A DNA stretch of 64,000 nt. Source: a virus. The translations under genes and the position numbers were made by a program. This document shows, piece by piece, positions 28,701 to 39,000 of the stretch (the first letter of the stretch is position 1; every line of letters begins with the position of its first letter). The notes below the pieces were generated by a model, which had not been told where the DNA came from, searched no databases, and was given only the letters and a program-made list of their open reading frames with translations. The stretch covers positions 96,001 through 160,000 of IMG/VR virus record IMGVR_UViG_3300020477_001012; one strand, given 5' to 3'.

Positions 28701-30573
28701 GCATGTACACTTCGTCATATTGCAATAATAATGTCTTCCACTGTTCATATGACACTAGAGCGGCACGAAGCTCAATTTCTGTAGCTATGTAATAATTCCC
28801 CACACCATAGGCATTTAAAGAGGTGGCATCTAGCATTATTTGTTGATAAGAACCAAAACCCTTGGGTATTGTTACAGCTTTATCTGCCCCAAGGAAACCA
28901 TAAAAGGGCAAAATTTGTTGTTTTAGGGATGTAGACAATCGCCACTTATCGGTCTGCAATAATTCATAGGAGTTGGGTCTGCCGTTGTTCTTTTTTCTAA
29001 GCTCTAAATTGTCCCTGTCTTTATTGTTACTAAAATAATACATCTCAACTTCTTGAGCGCCAACTACAAACTTGTCAGTTGTAACGTTAGACAACTCGTA
29101 ACCTAAATCTTGACTCTCTACGTCTACACCCCGTGCGTGCAGAGTATCCAAATAGGATTTGATGGCCCCGTATTTTGGAGGCTTGCTTTTATCTATAGCG
29201 TCCACGCGAATAATACCGGCAATGACCTGAGACGCATTAATGGGCGCTATATATTTATTCCACTCGTCGATAAAACTACAAGCAGGATGATCAATTATGG
29301 GCAATAAGCTAACAAACAGCTCATGACTTGTAACGTCACATATCTCTTGGGCCAACTCCAAAAGATTCATCTGATCAAAATCCATAAAATACATTGACGG
29401 AATATGCTTTGTGGGCAGCCCAGAGAAATCTACAACATATTTATATCCCCTAAAATCTATCGCCCCGCCAAAGCCAGCGTCAACATACTCTTGTGGTAGC
29501 AACCCATTGTAATTAAATAGCGATACTAACGCTTGTTCAATTCTGTACCAAGGCATACCCTTGTCGCTTCTTCTAGAGAAGCCTTGACCAGTAACCGGGA
29601 AGTACTCAGGAAGTTCACCAAAGGGCGGGGGCACATTGCATTTTCTAGCAGGGGCGCCAACTGGACCCAAGTAATACATATCATTACCAAAATACCCAAC
29701 GTTTCCAAATGCGTCCACCCCTTTAGTAAGTATGCTCTTACCCATAGCATTGCTGTCTAAGCAGTTCCGAACGCTATCGCTAAGATCATATTCTAAGAAA
29801 CCATATACATTAATTAGATTCTTATTATTAAATGTGCTTCCTTGGTAATTATTTAATAAGATAACCGCGTTGGTCAAAATTTCTCTAGGGTCAGTAACCT
29901 GCACTGAGTACAGCGGGTTGCCAGCAGAGCTACGATTTTGAGTGTAGCTCTGTAAAATTCCACCAAATGCAAAATGGTCTTTACCTCTCCATTTTGTATT
30001 TGGATTCCATAAAGCTGACCTGTCTTCCCATATCCCCTTCTTTGCATCTGAATCAGTGGTTTTTACCAAGAAGTGATGGGGCAATTGGACTTCTGTTGAG
30101 CCTGCTACTTGAGGGAAAGCAACTGGGGCAGCCAATGTGTCGCCGTAACTTGGGTATGTGTCATCAAATGTCTTTCGGTAAGCCTGCTCAATGTCTGCGG
30201 GGTTTCCACCAAACTTAAAATAAACAGGTGTCCCAACCACGGGGGGCATGAATTGATCCCTACCCCCGTTGTGGTAAGCGTCATCTCCGCTACCAAGAAG
30301 TGTCTGGTCAGACAAATTATACTCGTCGTTAACTAGTTCCACAGATAGAGTGGACGTGGTATCTCCAAAACCTGCGTTAAGATTAAAACTTCTAATTGAT
30401 GCGCCCAGAAAGGTCTGCTGAGGGAGGCCCTCATTACCCTTAGTCCACCCAGCCGACGAGAAAGAACCCCCTTTCCCGTGAGGCAGGTTGTGGTGCTTGG
30501 GCCAATCTTGCTGATAATATCCACTGGGTCTTACGAACCCATGAACATTGTCTGTGTCATAATTGTAACTCAT
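25759..30573 (-). CDS. Large tail-tip protein (hub/Tal-like, ~1600 aa)
   Basis: Position downstream of the tape measure gene; N-terminal FLGASIRSF..STLSVELV and FGGILQSY...VQVTDPR hub-like strands; central coiled coil; start refined to ATG 30573 (SD GAGGAAGG). Confidence 0.55.
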   Translation of the reverse strand: MSYNYDTDNVHGFVRPSGYYQQDWPKHHNLPHGKGGSFSSAGWTKGNEGLPQQTFLGASIRSFNLNAGFGDTTSTLSVELVNDEYNLSDQTLLGSGDDAYHNGGRDQFMPPVVGTPVYFKFGGNPADIEQAYRKTFDDTYPSYGDTLAAPVAFPQVAGSTEVQLPHHFLVKTTDSDAKKGIWEDRSALWNPNTKWRGKDHFAFGGILQSYTQNRSSAGNPLYSVQVTDPREILTNAVILLNNYQGSTFNNKNLINVYGFLEYDLSDSVRNCLDSNAMGKSILTKGVDAFGNVGYFGNDMYYLGPVGAPARKCNVPPPFGELPEYFPVTGQGFSRRSDKGMPWYRIEQALVSLFNYNGLLPQEYVDAGFGGAIDFRGYKYVVDFSGLPTKHIPSMYFMDFDQMNLLELAQEICDVTSHELFVSLLPIIDHPACSFIDEWNKYIAPINASQVIAGIIRVDAIDKSKPPKYGAIKSYLDTLHARGVDVESQDLGYELSNVTTDKFVVGAQEVEMYYFSNNKDRDNLELRKKNNGRPNSYELLQTDKWRLSTSLKQQILPFYGFLGADKAVTIPKGFGSYQQIMLDATSLNAYGVGNYYIATEIELRAALVSYEQWKTLLLQYDEVYMQELSENQTWETTLIAAGGGLTADAENKIDALSGDADAKDALKSMFTGRDFGVSVPRCLFNSDKNYMGPDGLPASPCAPPYGYPLYYKRAEKIGIPEGGIASIQSAVTSCMSNVERLKKKLDNNAPEFKILKDDAMEEITRLEKAFARTHRLLLGDMGWPDRIKLAAQLAEVATAIAEAKKYSETLDQMLASIQASDKVELQEIKSTLNANMGLVKNMSRMAKEHLKNAKKVYNFVKKVAEENLGKKFLVKIPNSCNVNYSSDITLYSPEEVGSIENGPFGFRPQPVNNTLNFASSFSFTTEMSILQSNVLFKDTYEHYLDNTHVAKYTYGALKGSFNPISEKWEFNYKPEPQGGFFNFALYNRNLSLAEASNVPFANLPPASQQSLAPMDLTNLLGDGGRVSCYARYDHSEHLDFSTVDSKSIAQQSITAKGFIPDVMEELDNLHPDRKMSMQQVQAKIADDKLLKRQGPSVAYVKCDVSEELYMPPRTAEVPTKVWARDFKVKISKPKVRVEFTKDSDGCKVAKKVTEKLQPSFSPAEGKKKTVQNEDFVRFYDDNLKGEIVNSRTDNLDASNVYALITLPGRIKPGVDMRYLDGPLASFNAVGMYNLMTRDVVRGVPGFDKPAPIVNSDKPIHVDKVVKFDFEDLGTARRLQKQAMQGASLDASKLSFISPSPVYPSMVAMPLMSMERCYGPWLSATSLDPNTGSPGVMNIGGKIEFVKDENLAPWNFAGYQLMNAAGSLQAQFSNSLLLFSERGGFTFPQAPTGISLAKALKKGGPLVTSISVDIGTDKISTAVKMDLYTSSFGKLQKQKEGNIATISRERQKIIDQNNSAIRRGLGKSSSNVNLFGSVLSAGGAELVARTKSTEEHFTTLEKGEAARMDYLVGYKERYNHGVPVDGTKDVVSTAIQGGATSGPDQTEATSTEADAGMLDAIINGGKMAINIIGNLNDAHDSLAQWVSNDPNEPDMPAPKPPKPRPE

Positions 30574-30591
30574 AATATCCTTCCTCAATAA

Positions 30592-31146
30592 CTAAGCATA
30601 TATTGTAGCAGCGTAGGGGACATATGCCGTGCTTACAATGTAATCAGATACGTATGGGATAAAAACTGGCAGACCTGTATCCAAATCGTAATGGTGAACG
30701 TAGGGATTGAAAACATTGAAATCGGTAACTGGCGGGACTGTCCCATGCTTGTTAAACTTTCCTTCAAATCCATTGTAATAAAAAACTCCGGTGTGCCCTG
30801 CTGCACTTGCGCCGGTCAAGACGCCATAAGTCTTCCAATGATTCAGATCGGGGTTCTCTGCTGGTACTTCCCCATCAGTTTTAATTAATCCTGACGCCGC
30901 CCAATACTCATCAGAAAACTTCCCATCCGCAGGGTGAGGAAAATACACATTAATACCACTACCATTATGATACTCGTGAGCCTGCCTAGTGTCATAAAAA
31001 TGAGCCTCTGAAGATGGCAACATCACCCCGCTACCTATACCCCACTGGTCTTCCCCAAGGGGCAAGCAAGGGTTATTCCAATGATAAGTATCATCAGTTT
31101 CTACAACGGTCGAAGTTGGTTGACACGTAGTCGTAGTAGTAGTCAT
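30592..31146 (-). CDS. Hypothetical virion protein with an N-terminal poly-Thr run
   Basis: 184-aa ORF coupled to the upstream gene by a TAATG overlap. Confidence 0.6.
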   Translation of the reverse strand: MTTTTTTCQPTSTVVETDDTYHWNNPCLPLGEDQWGIGSGVMLPSSEAHFYDTRQAHEYHNGSGINVYFPHPADGKFSDEYWAASGLIKTDGEVPAENPDLNHWKTYGVLTGASAAGHTGVFYYNGFEGKFNKHGTVPPVTDFNVFNPYVHHYDLDTGLPVFIPYVSDYIVSTAYVPYAATIYA

Positions 31147-33023
31147 TATTTATCCATCTCATATGTGAACGAGATATTAAAACTATAATTTCCATCCTTT
31201 GGACTCCAAGTCTCCGAAGGGGGAGACACAAAACACTTCCTGACACCCGGCTCGCTATTGGGGCTAACCTCACGCAATAATTCTGCAATCTGTGTGGCCA
31301 TTGGCTCAACTACGCTGGGCTTTTTAAGTATCAATGGGTTTCTACCAGAGCCATAAGGAATCTTAGTATAATCCATAACTAAATTCAAAGACACATCTCT
31401 TTTGTACTCTGTCCTGCCCCCAATATTTTGTAATATAGGACCAGTTGCTCTTCCTATAACGGGGACAATGGCAAAAACATCACCGGGATATGTATCGCTC
31501 ACTTGCAAAGTCTCTACTATCGCTCCAGATATAATATTTGTGGGACGATTATCAAACGCTAAACTGTAGCTAAGTTCTCCAGTGTACTCATTAGACCCTA
31601 TAGACACCGAAAGCGGTTGAGAGTTAAGCTGAACAGCAACCATATTGTTGGCACGCCTATAAATGTCTGACCCCACCCCAAAAAGCCCACTGTTGGATAT
31701 AGTGTTATATTTTCTTACGGCATTTTGATATGGGGTCTGCGCTGTTGTGGGTGTCGCCGGTGGTGGCGCCGGAGCCAAAGATTGAGGGAACCCACCAACA
31801 GGGCCTCCCAAGCCAATGCCGCCATACATTTCTCCACTGGGAGTGATGGTGCTCAGTCCCTTAATGTTGCCATCGATATTAACGCTCACGAACGGGGCGC
31901 TGTTGGATGTAGATAAATTAATATTGTAGTTCTCAAAAGCTGTGCCACTGGCCAAGAACCAGTTTTCAGTGACACTAAATGTACCCGCAGATTCACTAAC
32001 ATTCTCAGTTCTAACGCAGTTAAACCCACCATAATCATCCATTAGATTTATGACGCCACTGCTTATCTTCCCGTATATGTTGGGATAACCAGAGGGAACC
32101 GCATCCTTGTGTAAACGTTGTGTTACAAACTTCCGAGCAGATTCCCAAGCTGGAATTTTTTCTACAGATTCATTCTCCTTCATCATATAGTGTTTTTTGC
32201 CGGTAGCATTCAAAGAGTGGGATATTCTATATGACTTGGGCCTGATTTGTGTTACCCCGTTTGCATCGGTATATGTCTCGCCATTCTCGTCAACTTCAAT
32301 CGACCAGTCTTCACTGAAGTCAGCAATGAACGCCCCGCTCATTTCTACGACCAAGTCTTCTTCGGTTATACCAGAGGTTGCTGTACCGAAAGCTGGAGTG
32401 TCTAATAGTGATCTAAATTCTCCCGAAGCGTGCGGTATGAATGTTCCCTCTTGGTCTACGTTAAGGGCGGCGTCATCTCTGTGAAACAGAATGTCGGCCT
32501 CTAGGTTAATCGTATAATCTGACCTAAGAACGTATGGGCCTTCCGAGAAGTCAATATTGGTTAGTCTCGGAAAACAAATAACAGCAGGCTGGTCTTCACT
32601 AAGGTCTGTAATTTCTAGCCGTTGCCCATCCTGCGCAAACAGTGCCCTAAGTGCTCTTTGTTTTGAAATCAATGCTGTTGCATGATGATCCATAGGCACT
32701 AGCTGGGTGGGTGGCCTACTACTAACGTGAGATATATTGTTGTCAAAAGAGCCGTGTGGACCAATACGAAGGGGGGCAGGCGTGGGTATGCCAAAGAATG
32801 GGAAAGTTCCACCAACAATACCAGCGTTCAAGCCAGTGTTATCCGTAGCATAAGGCGTGCCCTCGTTGGGCAAAAGCGTGCCAGTTAATGTGATGCTGTA
32901 AGTAACACCATAAGCCTCGCCAGCACCATTCTTCAAGATGTTGGTAGATATTGAAATAAGCGGAGTGGGCCTAATGGTACACTCTTGATTTGAATCATTC
33001 TGATATCTAATTCTAATAGGCAT
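31146..33023 (-). CDS. Putative distal tail/baseplate protein (625 aa)
   Basis: Beta-strand-rich; position in the tail module; TAATG coupling on both sides. Confidence 0.55.
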   Translation of the reverse strand: MPIRIRYQNDSNQECTIRPTPLISISTNILKNGAGEAYGVTYSITLTGTLLPNEGTPYATDNTGLNAGIVGGTFPFFGIPTPAPLRIGPHGSFDNNISHVSSRPPTQLVPMDHHATALISKQRALRALFAQDGQRLEITDLSEDQPAVICFPRLTNIDFSEGPYVLRSDYTINLEADILFHRDDAALNVDQEGTFIPHASGEFRSLLDTPAFGTATSGITEEDLVVEMSGAFIADFSEDWSIEVDENGETYTDANGVTQIRPKSYRISHSLNATGKKHYMMKENESVEKIPAWESARKFVTQRLHKDAVPSGYPNIYGKISSGVINLMDDYGGFNCVRTENVSESAGTFSVTENWFLASGTAFENYNINLSTSNSAPFVSVNIDGNIKGLSTITPSGEMYGGIGLGGPVGGFPQSLAPAPPPATPTTAQTPYQNAVRKYNTISNSGLFGVGSDIYRRANNMVAVQLNSQPLSVSIGSNEYTGELSYSLAFDNRPTNIISGAIVETLQVSDTYPGDVFAIVPVIGRATGPILQNIGGRTEYKRDVSLNLVMDYTKIPYGSGRNPLILKKPSVVEPMATQIAELLREVSPNSEPGVRKCFVSPPSETWSPKDGNYSFNISFTYEMDK

Positions 33024-36000
33024 TATTTACCTCTCACCCTTAGATTTAATTGTTCAGTAGTCTGCGTGCTGGTCATATTAAGGTTAAGAGCACCTGAAGC
33101 TACGCCGCTCGGGGCATCAATGTACAATGGCATGGAGCCGCTGGCTATGTCACTGCACCCAAAAGTAACCAAGTCTACATTATTATACACATATGCTGAT
33201 GATGGGCCGGGGATCGTGAGATTCATAGACCCGCTAACAGGATGCGGCGCACCGGATATATGTAAGTTTAATGTAGCGTTAACAGGCGTGCCGGGCAATA
33301 AATCACCCGTTACGTACTCTACAAAGGGCCTGTGGGCTACAAAACCCTTAGTGGATGGATCAAATCCAGACGCCTCAATGAATATGTCTCCGTTGACGTT
33401 AGAGAAGATAATCCCGCTGGTAATGTAAGATATTGGGTCTCCTGTTTCATTCTGATACACCCTATTCGTTAGCCTGTTATTGCCATCTTCTGCTTTATCC
33501 CCAAATATCTCAACATCTATCCAGCTTCCTGCATTCGGGATAGACGGTAGCTGCTCTCTCAACATTGCGTCGTATGTGTATGCAGCACCAGCATTGGCAA
33601 GGCCACTCGTCATGTGGTTTCCACTTGTCGGGTGGTCATGGAACGGAGCGCCAACAGACAGTGTGTAATCGCTATCCCCACGCTCAGATCTATATATTGC
33701 TACAGATTGCCCAAATCCATCATTCTCACAACCACTAACAACTATAACCCCACCTGCCCCGTGAGTGGTGCCCGTTCTTGCTAAATATCCATGTGCATAT
33801 AATTTTTCTGCGTATTGCCACGTCTTGATTCTATTCGGCCAGTCTGTTATCTCGTGGCGGTAATTAAACACGGCCCCATTATTGAGAACCATGACTCCAC
33901 TGTCTCCACCAAACTGGTCGTATCTCACGCCAGAACTGCCCAAGTCATAATACTTATGTCCGGGGATTTCAAACTCCGCATTAAAGCTCTTGCGCTGGAA
34001 CGCCGAGGTGCCGCTATAAATGTGATCGTGCAGGGTTGCAAAATCATGATGTGGGGCGCCCACAGCTATCATGTCTGCATCAATAGCGACTGAATATCCA
34101 AATTTGTCTGTCCTACCAGCATGGTCTACTACAAAGTCTGAGTTGAGATTGTGGTCCCCTCTTTGTAACTGCAACTGAGACGATGTGCAATTATCCAAAC
34201 CAACATTAACGCTACTGGGTTTGATTTTTTCCTTGAATTCCCAAGGCAAGAATTCACTAACCACATTGCTTCCGCTGCCCGTTCTCTCAAAGTAGAATGC
34301 GGCTCCAGCCCCACCGTTTTGGCTGACCTTCATGCCAGATCGATTGGGGTCATTCTTAATCTCGTGCCACTGCACAATGCCACTAACACCACTGATTGCA
34401 TTCTCAGTATGGAATCCATTAAATGGAGTCCCAACAACCAGCTTGTTTTGTGATAGATCAACTGAGAAGCCAAACAGATCACCCGGACACCCAGATGTGT
34501 AGAGATCAAAATCAAGGTAGTCGGTACCATTGAACTTCATTAGGTCTGGCGGCCCGCCAATAGTTTTGGCGTCTACCAAGAAATCTTTAGTTACGCCATC
34601 TATAGTGTATAGTCCCTCGTTAAGGAAGTCTCCGCTGAATCTAGGATAAATACCAAACTTATTTACCGCTTCGGCGCCACCAAACTTATCTACTTCTTCT
34701 TTCTTTTTCTCTCCAAGAGGATCAGGCTCTCTGAGGAAGCCCGGGTTGGCGGGATGGTATGTATCTTCATTATCAACATATGAGCCTAAGTTTCCGGCGG
34801 CTCCTCCAGCCCCATAGAGAGGCATGGTTGTGTTCGCTATACCGCTCACCGCATAGTACTTGGCGGCACTGCCACGTTCCGGCGCCCTAAGCTTCTGGGT
34901 AAACTTAAACTGTCTACCAGTGTCATCATCCCCCTTCTGTGTGTTCATGCTATAGGCACTTAACGCCGAGTCCTCATGCGGACTTGTCGGGTACAGGCTT
35001 CGGATGAACTTCTGATTTTCCTTTATTGCATCGCTTCTATACTGGGGACACTGCCCCTGAATCATTGTGGAATCAGAAAGGACTACAATCTTAGACCTCT
35101 TGCCTCCAGCAGGGAACGCCGAGAACTGCTCAAATTCCTCTGCGGCAATCACGGGGCCATCTTCAATTTCATTGTCACCCCTATCATCACACCTAGCGTT
35201 TGGATTACAATACCTCTCGCTCTTGTGCTTAATTGGTCTAAATGCCCCCTTGACTGTTCCACTCTGTGCTGGCACATACCAAGGATGCTCAATGGTAATT
35301 TCACCGCTGGGAACTTGTATCCATCTGGTTGTGGTCGTTATCGTGGTCTCAATTGGGAGTGGGCACCCAGATATAGATAAAATACGCGGGGTCAATGGGT
35401 CTCCCGTGAAATCGCCATCTTTGGCAGGAATTATACCTCTGGGTAATTTATACCTGTCAGTATCAAGAGAAACCCTAATTGCAGAACCCTTGGCCCTAAC
35501 ATCCACATGCGTAGATTTAACCGAATTGGTTGCAGTATTGTTGAAATACTCATGCTGATTGAAAGACACCCTATCCATTGGGTCGTTGGGGTCTTCCTCG
35601 GCGCTCAACGAGATGTTCCGGGCTTCGCCATGAATCGTAAATTTCTCGTTGGGAGTTTCCGACACCCAGTCTACGAATATTCTATAGCCTGACCCCTCTT
35701 CAACGGGGAATTCTCCACTAGCCTTGCCGTTAATAAAGTAAATGGTTTTCTCGGTGTCATACGTGCAGGTGTCAGTAATTGCATCCTCGTAGTATACAAT
35801 TTTCTCAAAGTCCCCACCACCAGAAATGGGGATGTAATTTAACCTACTAGAGCCAGCCTCTCCCGCCTTGGGCCACAACGAGAGCTTTGGAACATTTGTT
35901 TCCACATTCACATGACTGTTCCACCCATAGCCCAGCTCGCATCCTGAAATAGCCTCTTCGGCATAGTTTAATTTTTGCTTGGGGGTCATTATGTTGCAAG

Positions 36001-39000
36001 TGTCTTGGGAGTCTACACGTTGCCGATTGCTATCACCAACTTGTGAAGACTGTTGAACAAAATAATCACCCAAACATGGACGGAAGAATGGCCTGCTGGA
36101 TATGCCCAGCTTTTCACAAAGAACCTTGACATTTTCGGCAATCGTCTGCCTCGTGTCTGGGTCCGTGCCGGAATAGGTAATTACAACCTTTTTCTTTCCA
36201 CCCTTAAGCCAGTTCTTTATAATCGAAATGTCACCATCATCTGGCTGGCCATCAGGATTAGCAATCCACAGAACGTCTACAGCCGCAGGAATAATGTCAC
36301 CTTCATTGTATATTTGATTCTCTTTAACGGCGTGATTTCCGTCTGTATCAATATACAAATTGAGCCTATCCAAAAGAACCGATCCATCATATGCTTCTTT
36401 AAATGATTGACGCTTAGTCCACCCTCCTAGCTGCACAATTAATGGCGCTTCGTCACAATCGTTCTTCACTAAATTCGCATAAAAGTAATGATTCCTATCG
36501 CAGTTACCATTGGGATCGTCAAACGCCTCCTCGCTCTCCCCGTTCAAGTGGGCGAGCAGATAAACGTTGTTATTGTCATCTACAGGGTTGCCATCTTCAT
36601 CGTCGTAGATATATTTCTCACGTAACGCTAAAACGCTTTCGTCTGAAAGTACTTTGTTAACCTTTTTAACTCCGCTTTCGATCATCCAATCGCCTCTACC
36701 CTGAACCAAGGCGTCTCGACGATTTTCTGCGGTTGCCGTTGGCCAAGGATCTGGGTCAATAAAGCCCCCTTGGGTTTTTTCTACATCAAAATAATTGTAG
36801 ATTCCGCTAACGTTGGAGTTGGAATCTTCAGCAACGTTGAAAGCCACTTCTTCCAAGTTGTAGTCAGCAAACTCAACCACCTTGTCAGTGGTGACCTTTT
36901 TGATAAACTTGTAAATAGTTCGTTTTTCAATACGCACACCGCTTCTGGCGGGAATGTACCAATGTGTATCTGGTAGGAACTCGGCGGCAGTTAGAATGGG
37001 CGAAACATCTTTATATGGTCTGTTGATAAACGGTTGAGGATCTACTGGGTAATCATCGCAGCCTTGCGCCGCGTTCGGATTAGCAAAATGAAAGCCCCAG
37101 TTCTTTTGGTACAGAACTTTGACTTTGTTACCTCTGCCAACTGTTTTTTCACATTCCTCTGTCCACTCTGCCCGTAGATCTCCATTATGTTTTAGGGGCA
37201 TATTGCAGACATCTGCATTCAGCTTATCGCATGGGGCTATCTGGACCATTTCTTGTAAATCGATATCTGACAGGTCCATCCTGATGTCGCCCACACCTTT
37301 GGCAAATATGTTATCGGTGCTAATCTTAGACTTGTAGCCATCGTACTTGGTGTGAGCGTATGTGGGCACATATGCTTTGGTTACATTCCACCTGTCATTA
37401 GAAACATCAGAAGAACTCACGCAATCCGGTAGCGATTCGTATTTTGTCGCCGCCGGATGGATACGCATTCTAGATCCCAGCTTACCAAGAATCTTATTGA
37501 CCAACTTGTTAGAATCGCCATACAAACCGTTTTCTTCATACACTGGGTCGTTACCAACCAGCACCAGCGTTCTATCTCCAAGGGCCAACCAGTGCTTAAT
37601 GTTGTCAATGATCTCATCGCTCGCAGCGTCAAGTTCTGGAGTAATAATAAACGCCAAACCAGCGTCTCTGGGGATTTCTATTTCAGAGAAGTCCATCCTT
37701 CTGAAGGACTTGTCATCTGGCTGGAAGTACAAGCCCATTTGATCATAGAAACCCTGATCTCGCTCTGTCTCATGAGCGGATCTGTCGAGGTTGCCAAACC
37801 TAGTGAACTCCACTACGCCACTATGGGGAATATATTTTCTGGACTCAAACATCCTCACAGCACCAGCGTTTGTGTAGGAGGCCCAAGTGTTCTTTTCTTT
37901 ATACCAAACATTAGTATCTTCAAACAGTGTCGTCGAATCAGTGGGGGCACCAAAGGCGACAATGTCTCCATCATCACTGACAGACGTGCTGTATCCTAAT
38001 CGAGATGTGCCTGCAAATTCATTTAAAATGAACTTCCACGTTCCGGTCGAGGTGATGTCGGAATAAGCATATTGATAAACTGGCTTATATAGCTCAATAG
38101 TTTTGTTAGTACCCCAGAAGTTTTCATCAATTCTAAAACTAAATTTATTACTCTGGGACAACTCGTGATACACCACATTCTGTGCTACAGACTTTCCAGA
38201 AGCAGCCAGAAGATCATCATACCTATTCACCTCAGCAGTCATTGATGTGAATACGAGCCAGTCCCGAAGGTTCTTATACATACGCTCATTTTCAGAATTG
38301 TCTCTTTCAAAGATTTCGCAAGGAGTATTCGTGAATGGAGAACCTATAGAAACTACCTGAGAATTTTGGCTAATGCCCACAGAGTGACCAAAGCGGTCGT
38401 TATATTCATCACGATATGGACCCAACCACTCCTCGTTCGACGCAGCAGTATTAGAGGGGTCTGTAACGGCCCCGCCGGTGTGGTATGTGCCACCACCTCC
38501 GAACTTCAAGGATTCTCTTACGCTAAGAGGTTTGATCTCTTGCACACAATTAAATATGCCACTTTCTTTCTCGAATATGTAAACTCTACCACCAGAACCC
38601 GGAGGAATTTGGAACTCATAGGCATTCGGATTTGCCCACTCTTGGCCAACGCCACTGGTAATGAATTTCATTACGTCATTATTGATTAAATAGCCAGAAT
38701 CAAGAGTGTCATGGATCAAATCTATAGACGTGTCAGCCCAATCCAGTGAAGACCCAGCCACCCTTCTGACGTGTCCAGTAGCAGCCAAGTCTACGTTGGG
38801 ATCAATGACGCCGCTTGCGTAAGAATACTGTTCATAGAAATCAACAAACTCATCAATGATACTTACGCCATCATGCACAAAAGCAGCGCCATTCATTGAA
38901 CTTGGGCTGCGTTCCTCGAACAGGCCCATAATTGGGGGTATGCCACTGTGGGGAGAAAATTCACTAGAGCCGCTCGGGAACACACGTAAGAACCCATTTT

